The notes under the pieces were generated by a model. The model saw only the letters and a program-made list of their open reading frames with translations. It was not told the DNA's origin and ran no database searches. Both the position numbers and the translations under genes were made by a program. Shown here one piece after another: positions 1-9,065 of a DNA stretch of 64,000 nucleotides. Numbering within the stretch: the stretch's first letter is position 1; each line of letters begins with the position of its first letter. This DNA is from Sulfurimonas sp. UBA2011. GTDB taxonomy: Bacteria; Campylobacterota; Campylobacteria; Campylobacterales; Sulfurimonadaceae. The stretch is taken from contig DDCH01000004.1 of NCBI GenBank assembly GCA_002335055.1, positions 215,678-279,677 on the forward strand, read 5' to 3'.

Positions 1-1188
1 TTTATAGTTCCAGATGTAGGCTTTGAAGTTTTTAATATCTTGCCATTTCGAATTTATGGAATTATGAACAATACAACTCTTATGGCAGTACCTCTTTTTA
101 TCATGATGGGACTCATTTTAGAAAAGTCAGGCATGGCTGAGAAGTTACTTATATCTATGAGTAAACTCTTTAAGGGTGTCCGTGGTGGACTTGGTGTGAG
201 TGTAGTTATCGTAGGTGCAATTCTAGCAGCTTCAACAGGTATAGTCTCAGCTTCGGTTGTAATGATGAGTGTTATAGCCTTACCACTTATGATAAAAGCA
301 GGATATGATAAATCCCTTGCAAGTGGAACTATCGCCGCTTCAGGAACTTTAGGTCAGATTATTCCACCTTCTATCATTCTTATCATTTTAGGTGATGTTA
401 TGAGTGTTAGTGTTGGTGACTTATTTGTAGGAGCCGTACTTCCTGGACTAACACTAGTAAGTCTTTATATCCTTTACATTCTAATCCGTGCTTATATAAG
501 AGAAGAAGATGCACCAGCTTTAGTAAGTGATGAAAAAATAAATATTTTTGAAATCATAAAAGCAATAATTCCACCACTTCTTTTAATGGTTTCAGTGTTA
601 GGAAGTATCTTTGCCGGGATAGCTTCTCCTACTGAGTCTGCTGCGTTTGGAGTAGTGGGTGGTCTTATACTCTCCAGCCTTAACAAGACATTTTCTCTAA
701 ATATGCTGAAGTATGTACTGTCTGAGACTATGAAACTCACAGGTATGATTTTTATGATTCTAATAGGTGCTACTGCATTTAGTCTAGTTTTTAATGAACT
801 AGGCGGTAGTGATTTAATTCTAGAGTTTTTTAGTGAAGATATAGGTGATGTGTGGGTTTTTATAGGTCTATCAATGCTCGCTATTTTTATTCTTGGTTTT
901 TTCATAGACTTTATAGAGATAAGTTTTATCATAGTCCCTATTTTAATACCGGTAACGGAGGCTTTTGGTATAGACCCTATCTGGTTTGCCATTTTAATAG
1001 CGATGAACCTTCAAGCCTCATTTCTCACCCCGCCTTTTGGTCTTTCACTCTTCTTTTTAAAGGGTGCAGCAGGAGATAGTGTAAGTACGATGCAGATATA
1101 TAAAGGTATTATTCCTTTTATACTTTTACAGTTATTAGCACTCTCTCTTGTTGTGATTTTTCCTGATTTAGTCTTTGCATTTTTATAG
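1..1188 (+). CDS. TRAP transporter large permease (DctM family), 5' end outside the window
   Basis: Frame 1 is open from base 1, with no stop before the listed TTG at 40. The product is a polytopic hydrophobic protein with DctM-like segments LMAVPLFIMMG, GGLGVSVVIVGAILAASTG and GQIIPPSIILI. Confidence 0.85.
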   Translation, partial: FIVPDVGFEVFNILPFRIYGIMNNTTLMAVPLFIMMGLILEKSGMAEKLLISMSKLFKGVRGGLGVSVVIVGAILAASTGIVSASVVMMSVIALPLMIKAGYDKSLASGTIAASGTLGQIIPPSIILIILGDVMSVSVGDLFVGAVLPGLTLVSLYILYILIRAYIREEDAPALVSDEKINIFEIIKAIIPPLLLMVSVLGSIFAGIASPTESAAFGVVGGLILSSLNKTFSLNMLKYVLSETMKLTGMIFMILIGATAFSLVFNELGGSDLILEFFSEDIGDVWVFIGLSMLAIFILGFFIDFIEISFIIVPILIPVTEAFGIDPIWFAILIAMNLQASFLTPPFGLSLFFLKGAAGDSVSTMQIYKGIIPFILLQLLALSLVVIFPDLVFAFL

Positions 1189-1200
1189 TCTCTAGTCTTT

Positions 1201-1589
1201 TCATTCAAATATAAAACAACTAGGGAGTAAATCCTTAGAATGAAGATATTTTACTGTAAAAAATTCTGAAACCATTATAGAACTTATAGATAAAACTGAT
1301 GCAAATGTAAGTATTGAAAGTCCACTAAGTCCTTGTCCAACTGTACACCCTATAGTTAACACACCACCTACACCCATAAGAGCACCACCAAGCATATTGT
1401 TTTTTATAGTATGTTCTTTTACCTGAGAGATACAGCCAAACTTATGCCAAATGATAAGTCATATCTTTCATAGTATGTAAAGAGCTCGAGTGTTTGAGCA
1501 CTTGGGTATACAAAAGAGAGGCTTGAGCATCCATCAGCTATCATCATAGCTATACTAAAAAGTATCCCACCAAAAACTATACTAAAATA
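1201..1589 (-). pseudogene. YeeE/YedE-family sulfur-compound transporter, frameshifted and without a start codon
   Basis: Minus-strand translation from 1589 reads YFSIVFGGILFSIAMMIADGCSS...GISLAVSLR and then hits TAA at 1419-1421. Another frame continues VKEHTIKNNMLGGALMGVGGVLTIGCTVGQGLSG (ORF 1201..1395). Both halves carry the YeeE/YedE G..G...GC repeat. No ATG/GTG/TTG precedes the first half. Confidence 0.55.
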
Positions 1590-1736
1590 TTAATAATTTT
1601 ATATATTTCAATGTCAAGAAAATCAAACAACTTCACACCTTCTAAATTTTATTATGAGTATATTACTATTTTATTTGTATAGTTTTTATTATGCATAATT
1701 TTGATACAATTCATGAAAAATATAAAGGTATAGCCT

Positions 1737-2066
1737 ATGTTAAGTGTTTTAGTAGAATTTAGTATGTTTCCAACTTCAAGTGATGGTCGTGAAGGTAGTG
1801 CTTCTGTTTCAAAACAGGTAAGTAAAATTATAGATGCGATAGATAAGTCTGGAGTTCCTTACCAGTTAACACCTATGGGAACTGTTATAGAGGCTTCAAG
1901 TATGAAAGAAGCTCTAAGTGTAATAGAACTTGCTTATGAGCAGGTAAGTGACTGTGAGAGAGTTTACTCATCTTTAAAGTTTGACATTCGTCATAACACA
2001 GAAGATAGATTAAAAACAAAAATAGCATCTGTAGAGAAAGTGCTAAACAGAAAAGTAAGCCACTAA
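1737..2066 (+). CDS. MTH1187/YkoF-like thiamine-binding family protein (DUF77)
   Basis: The 109-aa product resembles this family as I remember it: VEFSMFP...VSKQVSKIIDAIDKSGVPYQLTPMGTVIEA...ERVYSSLKFDIR. Size and layout are typical. Confidence 0.65.
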   Translation: MLSVLVEFSMFPTSSDGREGSASVSKQVSKIIDAIDKSGVPYQLTPMGTVIEASSMKEALSVIELAYEQVSDCERVYSSLKFDIRHNTEDRLKTKIASVEKVLNRKVSH

Positions 2067-2084
2067 TTTTTTAGGAGTATAAGA

Positions 2085-2576
2085 ATGGAAGATATTTTAT
2101 ATGCACCTTGGCGTACTGAGTATATCTCAGGTGAAAAGATAGAAGGTTGTGTGTTTTGTCATATCTCAAACAATGCAGATAAAGATGAAGACTTCCATAT
2201 CTTACATCGCGATGAGAAGTGCTTTATTGTGATGAATAAATATCCATATACTCCTGGACACTTTATGATTATTCCTCATCTTCATACAGATAAATTAGAA
2301 GAATTAAATGCAGAGACTTGGTTACATATGTCAGTATTAGCACAAAAGAGTGTAAGACTTTTAAAAGAAGGTTTTGGTGCGCATGGTGTTAACATCGGTA
2401 TGAACCTTGGAGCGGCAGCTGGAGCAGGGATAGCAGAGCATATACATATGCACCTAGTCCCGCGTTTCAACCGTGATACCAACTTTATGACAAGTATAAC
2501 TGAGACTCGTATTTACTCAACAGACTTTGAGAAAATTTATAAAAAGATAAAAAGTTTAATACCAAAGTATTTTTAG
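2085..2576 (+). CDS. HIT-family nucleotide hydrolase/transferase
   Basis: It carries the histidine-triad motif HIHMHLVPR, an N-terminal APWRTEYI segment and the PYTPGHFMIIP core. A Shine-Dalgarno AGGAG lies upstream. Confidence 0.85.
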   Translation: MEDILYAPWRTEYISGEKIEGCVFCHISNNADKDEDFHILHRDEKCFIVMNKYPYTPGHFMIIPHLHTDKLEELNAETWLHMSVLAQKSVRLLKEGFGAHGVNIGMNLGAAAGAGIAEHIHMHLVPRFNRDTNFMTSITETRIYSTDFEKIYKKIKSLIPKYF

Positions 2577-2786
2577 TGTTATTAAAGTTTTTACTTATTT
2601 TTACCCTTTTAATGGACTTTTCGTAAATACACATTTGTGTAACAAAGCTATCACTTTTTATGCCAAACATAAAAATGAGAATAACTTAGAGTGTTTGGTT
2701 ATAGAAAAAATATGGCTGATGAGAAGTTGTCTAATGAAACACAAGAACTCTTTGCTGCTGAGATATAGCACTCTTCTTATAACTCT

Positions 2787-3050
2787 GTGACACAAATAAA
2801 TTCAAAAAAAAGTGTCACGATTACTACAAAAAGGGTTAAAAATACAATAGAAGTATATTTACATAATAAAAATATTTATGATCTTACTATAAAAGTAAGG
2901 CATAATGTTAAAAATATCATTATGAGTATAAAACCACATAAAGAATTTGTTTTAGAAGCTAAGGCTACAAGTTCGGCTAAACACGAAACAATTTCTACAA
3001 AATTTTCTACACTTAATGGTATTTTAGAAAATCCGATTAAAGCAATTTAA
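2787..3050 (+). CDS. hypothetical protein (GTG start)
   Basis: This is an ORF only. It is Lys/Asn-rich, I recognise no motif, and an in-frame stop lies 21 nt upstream of the GTG. Confidence 0.3.
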   Translation: MTQINSKKSVTITTKRVKNTIEVYLHNKNIYDLTIKVRHNVKNIIMSIKPHKEFVLEAKATSSAKHETISTKFSTLNGILENPIKAI

Positions 3051-3122
3051 CTTTTTTAACTAAAAGTGATATAATACTTTTTGTAATAATATTTATAATA
3101 AATTTTAATAGGATAAGATAAA

Positions 3123-4319
3123 ATGCAAAGAAGAGAATTTTTTAAAACTTCAATAGTCGCATCTGCAGCACTTATAGGTACAAAGCTTAGTGCTGGACAA
3201 ACACATCAACCTAAAGATGGACAGAAAATATCAGATATGGCATTTCCTGAAAAACGTCCAATGATTACTTATTGAGATAGACCACCACTTTTAGAGTCAC
3301 CACGATCAGTATTTGCTAAGGGTATTACTTCAAATGATGACTTCTTTGTACGTTGGCACCTTCCAGATATTCCAACAAAGATAGACTTAGAGTCTTTTAC
3401 CATTAAAATTGATGGACTAGTTGAAAAAGAAATTAACATTACACTCAAAGAACTGAGAAATGACTTTGAACAAGTTGAAGTTACTGCCATACTTCAGTGT
3501 GGTGGTAATAGCCGTTCTGCATTTACTCCAATGGCTGGTGGTATTCAGTGGGATAGCGGAGCTATGGGTTGTGCTAAGTGGAAAGGGGTTAGACTCTCTG
3601 ACTTACTTAACAAAGCAGGACTTAAAAAAGATGCACATTGGATAGGTTTTAACGGTAAAGATAAGGCTGCTTATTATGAAACACCAAACTTTGTTCGTGA
3701 ACTTGAACTTGAAGAGTTAGATGACCATGTTATCGTGGCTTATGAGATGAACGGAGAAGACTTACCATACTTAAATGGTTTTCCTCTACGTTTAGTTATA
3801 CCTGGATACTATTCTGATTCTTGGGTGAAAATGCTCAGTAATATAACTGTTACAAACAAGTACAAGTCTCTTTTCTTTATGGATGTTGCTTACCGTGTAC
3901 CTGATAATGCAACTGAGAGTGAAACTCCAGAGAATAAGGCCAAAAAGACGAAACCTATTACTAACATGAATGTTAAGTCTATTATAGGCTATCCTGAGAA
4001 TGGTATGAAACTTTATCATAATGCACATCTTGTTATTCGTGGTGTTGCTTTTGATGATGGACATGGTATTCGTCAAGTTATGATTTCTACGGACGAGGGA
4101 AAAACTTGGAATGAAGCACTGCTAAAACAAGAAGATGGACGATATGCTTTTACTGAATTTAGATTTACTTATAAACCAACAAAGTATGGAAAACTAAATA
4201 TAATGGCAAAAGCGATTAATCGCTTAGGTAATGAACAGCCTTTATCCAAAGATATACTATGGAATCATGGTGGATATAAGTACAACGGTATAGATGTTGT
4301 TGAAGTTGAAGTGGTATAA
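3123..4319 (+). pseudogene. sorA: sulfite dehydrogenase molybdopterin subunit (SorA / sulfite-oxidase family) interrupted by one in-frame TGA at 3273-3275
   Basis: A single frame reads from ATG 3123. It gives a Tat signal (MQRREFFKTSIVASAALIG), then ...EKRPMITY*DRPPLLESPRSVF..FFVRWHLPDIP..., the Moco-cysteine motif ILQCGGNSR, and a C-terminal dimerisation-like domain. The listed ORF 3531..4319 is only the part after the first internal Met. Confidence 0.75.
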
Positions 4320-4328
4320 GGAAAAAAT

Positions 4329-4637
4329 ATGAAAAAAATATTATTTATAAGTTTATTAGCATTCGGTTCACTATTTGCACAAGTCCAAGAAGATATTGAA
4401 GTTCCTTATATTTCTTATGAAATTAAAATGGGAAAAGGTTTTGATACAGTGCAAGCAAACTGTTTAATGTGTCACTCATTTGGTTATATCATAAATCAAG
4501 GTCCACAATCACGTGAATTTTGGCTTAAAAAAACTGAAAAGATGATCACACACTTTAAATCTCCAATGATGGAAGAAGATATAGACACTGTAGTTGAGTA
4601 TCTTTTTGAGCATTATGGAAATGGAAAAGAAAAATAA
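4329..4637 (+). CDS. sorB: monoheme cytochrome c, SorB-like partner of SorA
   Basis: It has a signal peptide (MKKILFISLLAFGSLFA) and a single CxxCH site (CLMCH). It starts 10 nt after the sorA stop. Confidence 0.7.
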   Translation: MKKILFISLLAFGSLFAQVQEDIEVPYISYEIKMGKGFDTVQANCLMCHSFGYIINQGPQSREFWLKKTEKMITHFKSPMMEEDIDTVVEYLFEHYGNGKEK

Positions 4638-4662
4638 AGAGAGTTAATTCTCTTTATTTTTC
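4636..4662. terminator. stem-loop plus T-run after sorB, possibly bidirectional
   Basis: AAAGAGA-gttaat-TCTCTTT forms a 7-bp stem and is followed by ATTTTTC. Confidence 0.5.
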
Positions 4663-4754
4663 TTACTCTTTAGTACAAAATAAAATATTCCCACAATTAC
4701 TACAAATATAAGTATCCTTACTGTCAGTGTAGTTATGTCTACAGTATCATTCAT
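4644..4754 (-). CDS. possible 36-aa single-pass membrane peptide
   Basis: It reads MNDTVDITTLTVRILIFVVIVGIFYFVLKSKKNKEN, with GGAGA 6 nt upstream of the ATG. It is below the ORF-track size cut-off and no homology could be assessed. Confidence 0.3.
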   Translation of the reverse strand: MNDTVDITTLTVRILIFVVIVGIFYFVLKSKKNKEN

Positions 4755-4912
4755 ATAATATCTCCAGTTTAATTTTTAAATCCTAACATGAAACTATACT
4801 CTTAAAAAGATTATTTTTTTATAACAAGAGAAGCTGATATGAATAGAACATATACAAAAATAAATAAAGAAGTTGAAATAGATGAAGATATATTTTTTTA
4901 GAAGTGTAAAAA

Positions 4913-4987
4913 TGGATGGGGTGGAGGGACTCGAACCCCCGAATACCAGTACCAAAAACTAGTGCCTTACCACTTGGCGACACCCCA
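4913..4987 (-). tRNA. tRNA-Gln (anticodon UUG)
   Basis: The reverse complement TGGGGTGTCGCCAAGTGGTAAGGCACTAGTTTTTGGTACTGG...GGTTCGAGTCCCTCCACCCCATCCA folds as a cloverleaf. It has a U1-A72 acceptor, anticodon loop TTTTGGT and an encoded CCA. It closely resembles E. coli tRNA-Gln as I remember it. Confidence 0.9.
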
Positions 4988-5010
4988 TCATATATGTATA
5001 AATTAAATTG

Positions 5011-5087
<77 letters not shown>

Positions 5088-5207
5088 ACATTTAAAGTAT
5101 ATCTTTCTAAGAAGTTTAACTTATTAGATGGCGAAATTATAACAGTAAAAAGTTAGAAAAAGCTTAAAAAGTAGGGCACTACTTACTTTTTAGCTAAATT
5201 CTTTTTT

Positions 5208-5543
5208 TTAGTCGATTTTAATAGTAGAAGCGACTATATATAGGGGTGCACTATGTACATGTAGCATTGATGTACCTTTACCTAAAGCAAAACCATATAA
5301 GTCATTTTCTTTGATAAGTGTTATACCACTTGCCATATCAAGATAGGCTAGTACACTTTGTTCTAGTATTTTAGAAGACTGTATATCACTGAATCGTATT
5401 TTCACAGAGTACATATCTTCTCCATCTTCATCTTCATCTCCAAGTGTTACAATTCTTTCAGTAAGACTTATATACTCTACTGAACGAATCTGAGCACCTT
5501 TAAAGTTGTTGTATTTTTCTAATAGTGTATTAATTTCTTGCAT
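5208..5543 (-). CDS. hypothetical protein
   Basis: This 111-aa ORF has an acidic DEDEDGED stretch and no recognisable motif. It is the last gene of the tig-LRR-globin string. Confidence 0.45.
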   Translation of the reverse strand: MQEINTLLEKYNNFKGAQIRSVEYISLTERIVTLGDEDEDGEDMYSVKIRFSDIQSSKILEQSVLAYLDMASGITLIKENDLYGFALGKGTSMLHVHSAPLYIVASTIKID

Positions 5544-5581
5544 TATTTTCCTTTTTATAATTATAGCTAAAGTAGTTATGT

Positions 5582-5980
5582 CTAATCATCGTCATCGTCA
5601 TCATTTAACCCAAGGTTTTCGATAAATTGCTCAGCTATTATGTCTGCTTTTTTATAAAACTTGTCAGCGATACTAGGTATAAAATACTTTGTAGTAGTTT
5701 CTTTAAATAGTTTTAACCACTGCTCAAATGTTTCTTTATAAATTGGTCCAAGAAATGCATGAGGAGGAAAAGGGTCACCTTTGTACCCAGGTTTACCAAT
5801 CATCATTAGGAGCCAAAAGTCATCTAGTGTATGAAGATGTTCGTGCCATTTACCATTTTCTAGGTCACTTCCAAGTGAATTAGTAAAGTAAGGCCCAAGT
5901 ACATCATCTTTGAGTACAATAGCGTAAAACTCATGCACTAAGTGGTGTACACTATCTCTAGTAACTGTTTCATATAGCAT
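5582..5980 (-). CDS. group III truncated haemoglobin (Ctb-like)
   Basis: VHEFYAIVLKDDVLGPYF...WHEHLHTLDDFW...GDPFPPH...FEQWLKLFKET matches the Campylobacter Ctb-type trHb pattern from memory. The protein ends in an unusual DDDDDD tail. Confidence 0.7.
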   Translation of the reverse strand: MLYETVTRDSVHHLVHEFYAIVLKDDVLGPYFTNSLGSDLENGKWHEHLHTLDDFWLLMMIGKPGYKGDPFPPHAFLGPIYKETFEQWLKLFKETTTKYFIPSIADKFYKKADIIAEQFIENLGLNDDDDDD

Positions 5981-6003
5981 TATATATCCTAATTTTAATT
6001 TGT

Positions 6004-6711
6004 TTAAAGTGAAACATCACAGTCATTGTTGCTTATTAAGCCATCTAACCAATGAAGGTGGTTTTGTGTAAACTCTATCTTATTGTAAAGGCAGTCAAAC
6101 ACTCGAAGTTTTTTGAGATGGATAATCTCATCTTCTAGTTGTGTTAGTCTATTTTTCCAAATTGTTAGTACTTCTAAGTTTTCAAGTTGTCCTATCTCAC
6201 GAGGAAGAAATGTAATGGCATTCTTACCTAGTTCTAATGTTTTTAGCTTCTTTAAGTTTCCTACCTCTTTTGGGATAGAAGTAAGGAGATTTTCTTGCAC
6301 CAAAAGAAGTTTTAGGTTGAGTAGTTGACCTATCTCAATAGGCAACTCTTTAAGGGCATTACCTGAGACATAGAGCTCTTCTAAGTTTGTAAGTTGACCT
6401 ATCTCAGAGGGTAAGCTTTCAAGCTTATTATCAAGAAGATAGAGTTTCTTTAGGTTTTTTAAGTTCGCTATCTCTTTAGGTAACTCAGAAATTTGAGAAC
6501 CCAAGAGGTTTAACTCTACTAGGTTTTCTAACTTAGTTTTATCTCTTGGTAAACCACGATAGTACCCTGCGTTTAAGTAAGAATCATGTTCAATCCACTC
6601 TAACTCAGATATACTATTTTTATCTGCCCATGCAAAGATAGTATCAGCCCACTGAGTGTCTATATCTCTACTTATGGAATCCAAGCATAATTCCAAATAA
6701 TTTGTCCTCAA
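6004..6711 (-). CDS. leucine-rich repeat (LRR) protein; TTG start uncertain
   Basis: It has six full 23-residue repeats and one partial repeat of the form LxxLxLxxNxLxxLPxEIGxLxN (for example LKKLYLLDNKLESLPSEIGQLTN). No signal peptide is visible. The 5' end overlaps the tig 3' end by 17-44 nt, depending on which TTG is used. Confidence 0.85.
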   Translation of the reverse strand: MRTNYLELCLDSISRDIDTQWADTIFAWADKNSISELEWIEHDSYLNAGYYRGLPRDKTKLENLVELNLLGSQISELPKEIANLKNLKKLYLLDNKLESLPSEIGQLTNLEELYVSGNALKELPIEIGQLLNLKLLLVQENLLTSIPKEVGNLKKLKTLELGKNAITFLPREIGQLENLEVLTIWKNRLTQLEDEIIHLKKLRVFDCLYNKIEFTQNHLHWLDGLISNNDCDVSL

Positions 6712-7924
6712 TGAGTCCCATTTTTGCAGAAGTCATTAAGTTGTTCTCTTGATAGTACTTCAGTAGCTCTTGTGCATCTTGACCAGCCATCATTGCTTGG
6801 TATCCAAGGGCCGCATGTACTTCGTTTTCAAGAACTTCTACATTTTCTTTGGCTGCTAAAGCTTCAACAATAAGAGCTATTTTTATACTGTCACGTGAAG
6901 CTTGACGAACAGACTCACGTATCTCCATAAACTTACCCTTATCTTCCATAAATTCTTTATGTTGCTCCTGGGTATAAGCTCTAGTTTTTTCACGAACCTT
7001 CGCATCTATCTCTTGTTCTACTATGTTATTAGGAAGTGTAAAATCATACTTAGAAAGTAGTGCTTCAATCATCTTAGGTTTGATCTCATTCATATAAACA
7101 CGTGAGAGTTCTTCTGAAGTGATTTGATCTGCAAATTTTTCTTTTAGTGTAGCTAGTGTTGCCTTATCATCACTCAATATATTTTTTGCAAAAGAATCAT
7201 CTGGAGTAATAGGGTGTTGTTCTTGAATCTCATGAAGAGTAACAACAAACTTAGCTTCTTTACCTGCTAAGTCTTCAGCTTGATAATCATCTGGAAAATT
7301 AAGAACTACATCTCTAGTCTCACCGTACTCCATACCAATAAGTTTCTCTTCAAATCCAGGAATAAATGAATCTGAACCTATTTTAAGATTAAAATTCTTT
7401 GCACTACCACCTTCAAATGCTTTACCGTCAATAAAACCTTCAAAGTCGATTACAGTTACATCATCATTTTCAATTGCTTTAGGTGTTGGTATAGTTGTAA
7501 AAGGAGCTTGTTTAAGTGCAAATTCTGCAAGTTTCTTTTCTATGTCTGCGGACGAAGCAACAGGTTTAGTAAACACAGGAGTTATTTCTTTATAGTCTAC
7601 ATCTGTATGAACTACAGGACTAATTGAAAGTTCTACCTCAAAAAATACTTCATCTTTTCTCTGCTCATATTTTTTAAGACCAGGTTGACCTAGGATAGTC
7701 TCAACAGCAATATTTGCCTCTTTGACACCTGCCGCAATAAAGTCTTTAAAAACTTCTCCAGCTGCATCTTGCTCGATTTTTTCGTCAGTTGGAGTATCGT
7801 CTTTTTTATCTTCTTTAGCTATTGCGGCTTTTCTTATCTCAACTTTTTCTTTTATAAGAGAGTTCTCAACTGTACCACTTAAAATAAAGTTTATATCATC
7901 TATTTTTTCTACTGTTACTTTCAC
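6668..7924 (-). CDS. tig: trigger factor
   Basis: The 418-aa product has the MKVTVEKIDD... N-terminus, a central FKBP-like segment (FEGFIDGKAFEGGSAKNF..IPGFEE) and a C-terminal chaperone arm. Confidence 0.9.
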   Translation of the reverse strand: MKVTVEKIDDINFILSGTVENSLIKEKVEIRKAAIAKEDKKDDTPTDEKIEQDAAGEVFKDFIAAGVKEANIAVETILGQPGLKKYEQRKDEVFFEVELSISPVVHTDVDYKEITPVFTKPVASSADIEKKLAEFALKQAPFTTIPTPKAIENDDVTVIDFEGFIDGKAFEGGSAKNFNLKIGSDSFIPGFEEKLIGMEYGETRDVVLNFPDDYQAEDLAGKEAKFVVTLHEIQEQHPITPDDSFAKNILSDDKATLATLKEKFADQITSEELSRVYMNEIKPKMIEALLSKYDFTLPNNIVEQEIDAKVREKTRAYTQEQHKEFMEDKGKFMEIRESVRQASRDSIKIALIVEALAAKENVEVLENEVHAALGYQAMMAGQDAQELLKYYQENNLMTSAKMGLIEDKLFGIMLGFHK

Positions 7925-8010
7925 TAGAGTCCTTTTTAGTTTTAATTACGCAATTTTAACATTATTGTCTAAAAATAACTTTTTAATTGAGATAAGTTTG
8001 ATTATATTGA

Positions 8011-8050
8011 TTTTTTGTAAGTTTTTGTAAGTTTTTGTAAGAGTTGTAAA
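8011..8050. repeat. 10-bp tandem repeat (GTTTTTGTAA x3 plus one degenerate unit) in the tig upstream region
   Basis: It reads ttttttgtaa gtttttgtaa gtttttgtaa gagttgtaaa. The helical-phase spacing suggests intrinsic bending rather than coding. Confidence 0.6.
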
Positions 8051-8093
8051 ATAAGGGGAGGGTATAAAGGTGATAAATAAATGATGAAATATA

Positions 8094-8110
8094 CTCACCC
8101 AAAAGGGTGA
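8094..8110 (-). terminator. putative terminator of oxidoreductase operon 1
   Basis: CTCACCC-aaa-GGGTGAG lies 17 nt after the delta-1 stop. On the minus strand it is followed by TATATTTCATCATTT. Confidence 0.5.
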
Positions 8111-8126
8111 GAAATATTGAAAGTGA

Positions 8127-8351
8127 CTACTCTTCGTGACCAGCCATTTCCATTGTGATACAGTTACGATCAAGCATATCAGTACAAACGTATACACATA
8201 GTGCACACCCTTTACATCTATCTTCATCTACCCAAGATGTGTTACCATCTTTGTTGAACATAAGCGTATTTGCTTCTGGACAATATAATGTACAAGTGTT
8301 ACACTTGTACTCAGCACACATATCTGAATTAACTTTTGCTACATAATACAT
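8127..8351 (-). CDS. 2-oxoacid:ferredoxin oxidoreductase delta subunit (2x[4Fe-4S] ferredoxin-like), operon 1
   Basis: The 74-aa product has CAEYKCNTCTLYCP and CKGCALCVYVC cluster motifs. It is the last gene of operon 1 and is identical in protein sequence to 18883..19107. Confidence 0.85.
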   Translation of the reverse strand: MYYVAKVNSDMCAEYKCNTCTLYCPEANTLMFNKDGNTSWVDEDRCKGCALCVYVCTDMLDRNCITMEMAGHEE

Positions 8352-8362
8352 TTATAAAATCC

Positions 8363-9064
8363 TTATACTTTTAGTCTAACGATTAACTCGTTACCAGTAA
8401 TATCAACAGTATCAGCCATTTTGAATGTTTCATTGATAACATTCATGTTAGCTTCAAGTAGTTGCTCTTTTTTCTTGAACTTTTTCTCAATAGCAGAGTC
8501 AAGTGCAGCAGTACCACCAGATGCAACGAAAGAGTTTCCAAGGAATCTCTCACGAACTGCAGCTTCGATATGCTCTGTATTAACAAGCTTAGTAAGACCA
8601 AGAACCATACCCATCATTGCCATGTTTGTTGCAAGCTCAGTACCAGCAATTTTCATTGCTAGTCTAGTTGCGTCAAACTGAACAACAGTTGCGTTTTTTT
8701 CTTCAAGTACTGCTCTGTCATCTTCATTAAGAACATCAAAGTCAGTATTGATGATGATTAGTGCATTTGGCTTAAGACCAGTATAAAATGGCATAGTATA
8801 AGACTTACCATGAGTTACAACTTGTGAGTGGTAAATCAGGATAATATCTGGGTAAATTACTTCACCTACTTCATAAATTGGATCTGTTGATGCTCTTACA
8901 TAAGCTTCAACAGGTGCCATTCTTTTCTCAGAACCAAAAAATGGAACTAGAGATGCATAGTTACCTGCATTATCAAGACATGAACCAAGGATGTGTGCAG
9001 TAGTTACAACACCTTGACCACCTAGACCAGAAATACGTATATTATATCTTTTCTTTTCAGCCAT
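8363..9064 (-). CDS. 2-oxoacid:ferredoxin oxidoreductase gamma subunit, operon 1
   Basis: It starts MAEKKRYNIRISGLGGQGV, the gamma GxGGQG motif. I prefer the ATG at 9064, which is 1 nt after the beta stop and matches the paralogue's N-terminus, over the listed start at 9091. Confidence 0.85.
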   Translation of the reverse strand: MAEKKRYNIRISGLGGQGVVTTAHILGSCLDNAGNYASLVPFFGSEKRMAPVEAYVRASTDPIYEVGEVIYPDIILIYHSQVVTHGKSYTMPFYTGLKPNALIIINTDFDVLNEDDRAVLEEKNATVVQFDATRLAMKIAGTELATNMAMMGMVLGLTKLVNTEHIEAAVRERFLGNSFVASGGTAALDSAIEKKFKKKEQLLEANMNVINETFKMADTVDITGNELIVRLKV

Positions 9065-9065
9065 T

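Noticed and set aside
3273-3275. Selenocysteine or genetic-code reassignment as an explanation for the in-frame TGAs at 3273 and 32294.
   Set aside because: I can find no hairpin resembling a bacterial SECIS within about 40 nt downstream of either TGA. The positions are not known Sec sites. TGA clearly terminates other genes here (thiE at 45459-45461, and the gene ending at 16070-16072).
8011-8050. Tandem 10-bp repeat, considered as a possible CRISPR-like or minisatellite array.
   Set aside because: The unit is only 10 bp, there are 3-4 copies and no spacers. It is ordinary A/T-tract phasing in a promoter region. No CRISPR array exists anywhere in the window.
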